This document shows, piece by piece, positions 62,315 to 64,000 of a stretch of 64,000 nt of DNA; the first letter of the stretch is position 1, and the number at the start of each line of letters is the position of its first letter. The translations under genes were made by a program, and so were the position numbers. The DNA lies in contig CAJINV010000011.1 in the NCBI GenBank assembly GCA_905178155.1, forward strand, positions 3,375,077 to 3,439,076. Direction: 5' to 3'. Source of the DNA: Amoebophrya sp. A120. Taxonomy: Eukaryota; Protista; Dinoflagellata. The notes beneath the pieces are model-generated. The model made no database searches, was not told where the DNA came from, and saw nothing but the letters and a program-made list of their open reading frames with translations.

Positions 62315-63873
62315 ATGACGGACCTTTCGTCCTCTCTCTCGGGAGCTTCAAGTTCCACTTCAAGTTCCGGGTCCTCTTCGTCCAGGAGAAGTTTTATCAC
62401 GACCAGCAACTCGAGCTCATCCTCTGCGTCGTCAGCCTCAGAATCGGCTTCTTCTACGTCCTCTTCCAGCGCGTCCGGTTCTTCATCTTCCAGCAGTTTT
62501 TCGTCAGCTAGAGACAGCAGTCACCTAGGCCCACCGTCGGAAGTGCCAGAGATTGACGATGATGGGTCAAAAATGTCATCCTCTGTGGCCACCTCTTTGA
62601 TGTCCTGGACTGTGAAAGAACCGATTTATTCACATTCCTCCTCCCACCATCGAGAGCCAGAGAGCTCCATCACGGCCCGTGCCCGCGCGCTGAAGGCGCA
62701 GGAGCCGATTTTCCTCTTTGCGCCCTCGTCGAGAAGTGGCACGACATCATCGGCCTCTTCGTCCGGGAGCGGCTCATCTTCTGCCGCGGGGTCAAAGAGC
62801 AGCAAAGGTGGCTCTGGCTCCTCGTCATCGTCTGGGGGTAGTAGTAGCAGTAGCGGTAGTTCTAGTGCGACTGCGAGCAAAGAGTCCTCGTCCACAGCGA
62901 AGAAGTCGTCAGAAAAGTCTTCGAGCAAGCAGACGTCTTCCTCCTCCTCCAGTAGCGCGACGTCATCATCCTCTCCCGTGACCAGTTCTACCGATCAAAA
63001 GAAAAGCACTTCCGAGAAGAGCAAGCGGAAAAGTACTAGCAGGAAAAGCATAGACGACTCGAGTGGTGCAGCAGGGGCAAACATGAAAAAATCCGTCTCG
63101 AACATTACAACCGTAACGGAGCCGGGGCTACACGCGGAGGGCGAAGCACCTGCGCCAGGGACTTTGAACATGGCTCAGCCGCAGGTAATTCTTTCCGGAT
63201 CGGAGTCCGCACAAGATTCTTCTTCATTTGCGGCTAGCAGTAAGGAGCAGAACTACGGGACGAATTATGCGGGGAGTAGAACCTCTGCAGCACAACGACG
63301 GGAGCTGAAAGTGCAGCGGGCACTGGAGCAAACGAGACGCGCACTGGACGCTGGCGCACGGATGCACGCGGTCGGCGCGGAAATGACGGCGAAGAAAAAG
63401 GCGCTCGCGGAGGCGAAACGAGTAGCGGACGACGAACTGGTCCGGCGGTCGCAGCTGGAGCGGATCGCAAGGCGGAAGGGGTTGGGAACCCGGGTGGATT
63501 TGCTGACCAGTCACGACTATGAAATGCAAAAATGTCTGGGTCTGGAAGAATGCAAGATTTCGATTTGTGATGCAGGTTTTCCATGACCCATGAGGTCTGG
63601 GATGCGAGACCCAGCATGACAGATTCTTTGAGGTCTCTATCATGCCGTTCCTGCATGAGAAACTCCCTCTCAACTTGGTCAAAAGCGGACAGCTTTTGGC
63701 ACTCACGCAACACAGATTTTTGCATCATTTAGATTTAGCATGACAAGTTCTAATCTTCCAGACCCAGACATTTTTTCAATCCATAATGACGACGTGCATT
63801 CGAAAGCGGAGCGGGATGCGTTCCTAGCCGGGATGTTTTCCCAAGGCATGGAGATGTTGGAAAGGAGAAAAGA
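62315..63873 (+). CDS. Ser-rich hypothetical protein, 3'-incomplete (continues after a GT donor at ~63874)
   Basis: Poly-Ser ORF; removing the element at 63518 gives TSHD-DVHSKAERDAF. Confidence 0.6.
63518..63785. mobile_element. Introner, family A (opposite orientation to 48007/49018); DR ACGAC/ATGAC
   Basis: TIR plus 4/5 DR. Confidence 0.88.
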
Positions 63874-64000
63874 GGTATGAAACAAAAAATAAAAAATGAA
63901 ATCAAGAACTTCAAGTGCTGACGCTTTTCCTCGGGTTTTTGGCTTGACATTACATGTAACGAACGAGATGTGGATCTGGAAGTTTCAAGAATAATATGTT

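Noticed and set aside
2525-63785. Recurrent peptides such as CKYVWVWK, FQTQTYLHLI, MSGSGR and LPDPDIFA in dozens of ORFs
   Set aside because: They are translations of the family A TIR in different frames and strands, not a protein domain.
1-64000. Autonomous transposase or excisase for the introners within the window
   Set aside because: No ORF shows DDE, HUH/Rep-helicase, reverse transcriptase or tyrosine recombinase motifs that I can recognise.
1-64000. tRNA, rRNA or spliced-leader RNA genes
   Set aside because: None recognised by eye; a covariance-model search would be needed to exclude them.

Overview
Eukaryotic, gene-dense genomic DNA. All ~12 reconstructable genes lie on the + strand. 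The dominant feature is 35 short (148-349 bp) MITE-like elements inserted inside coding exons. Each begins TAT (twice TAC), ends ATA, has terminal inverted repeats and is flanked by a 5-bp direct repeat. Removing an element plus one repeat copy restores the reading frame, so they must act as non-GT-AG introns (introners). This closely resembles the introner-rich non-canonical introns reported for the parasitic dinoflagellate Amoebophrya (Syndiniales); the taxonomic call is inference. At least 7 TIR families occur, in both orientations, and share an internal GCATNACAA/TTGTNATGC motif. A separate 733-bp repeat (3 copies, sub-terminal IR plus 3' hairpin, starting with GTATGT) separates long ORFs whose frames rejoin on its removal. 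Ordinary GT-AG introns coexist. Genes include a GMC oxidoreductase::aldo-keto reductase fusion, a LIM protein, an FHA+RS/RD protein, two tandem ankyrin-containing formins, a bacterial-type solute-binding protein::ketopantoate reductase fusion, a small PAN-like protein and several low-complexity hypothetical proteins. Coordinates were read by eye and no transcript data were available.
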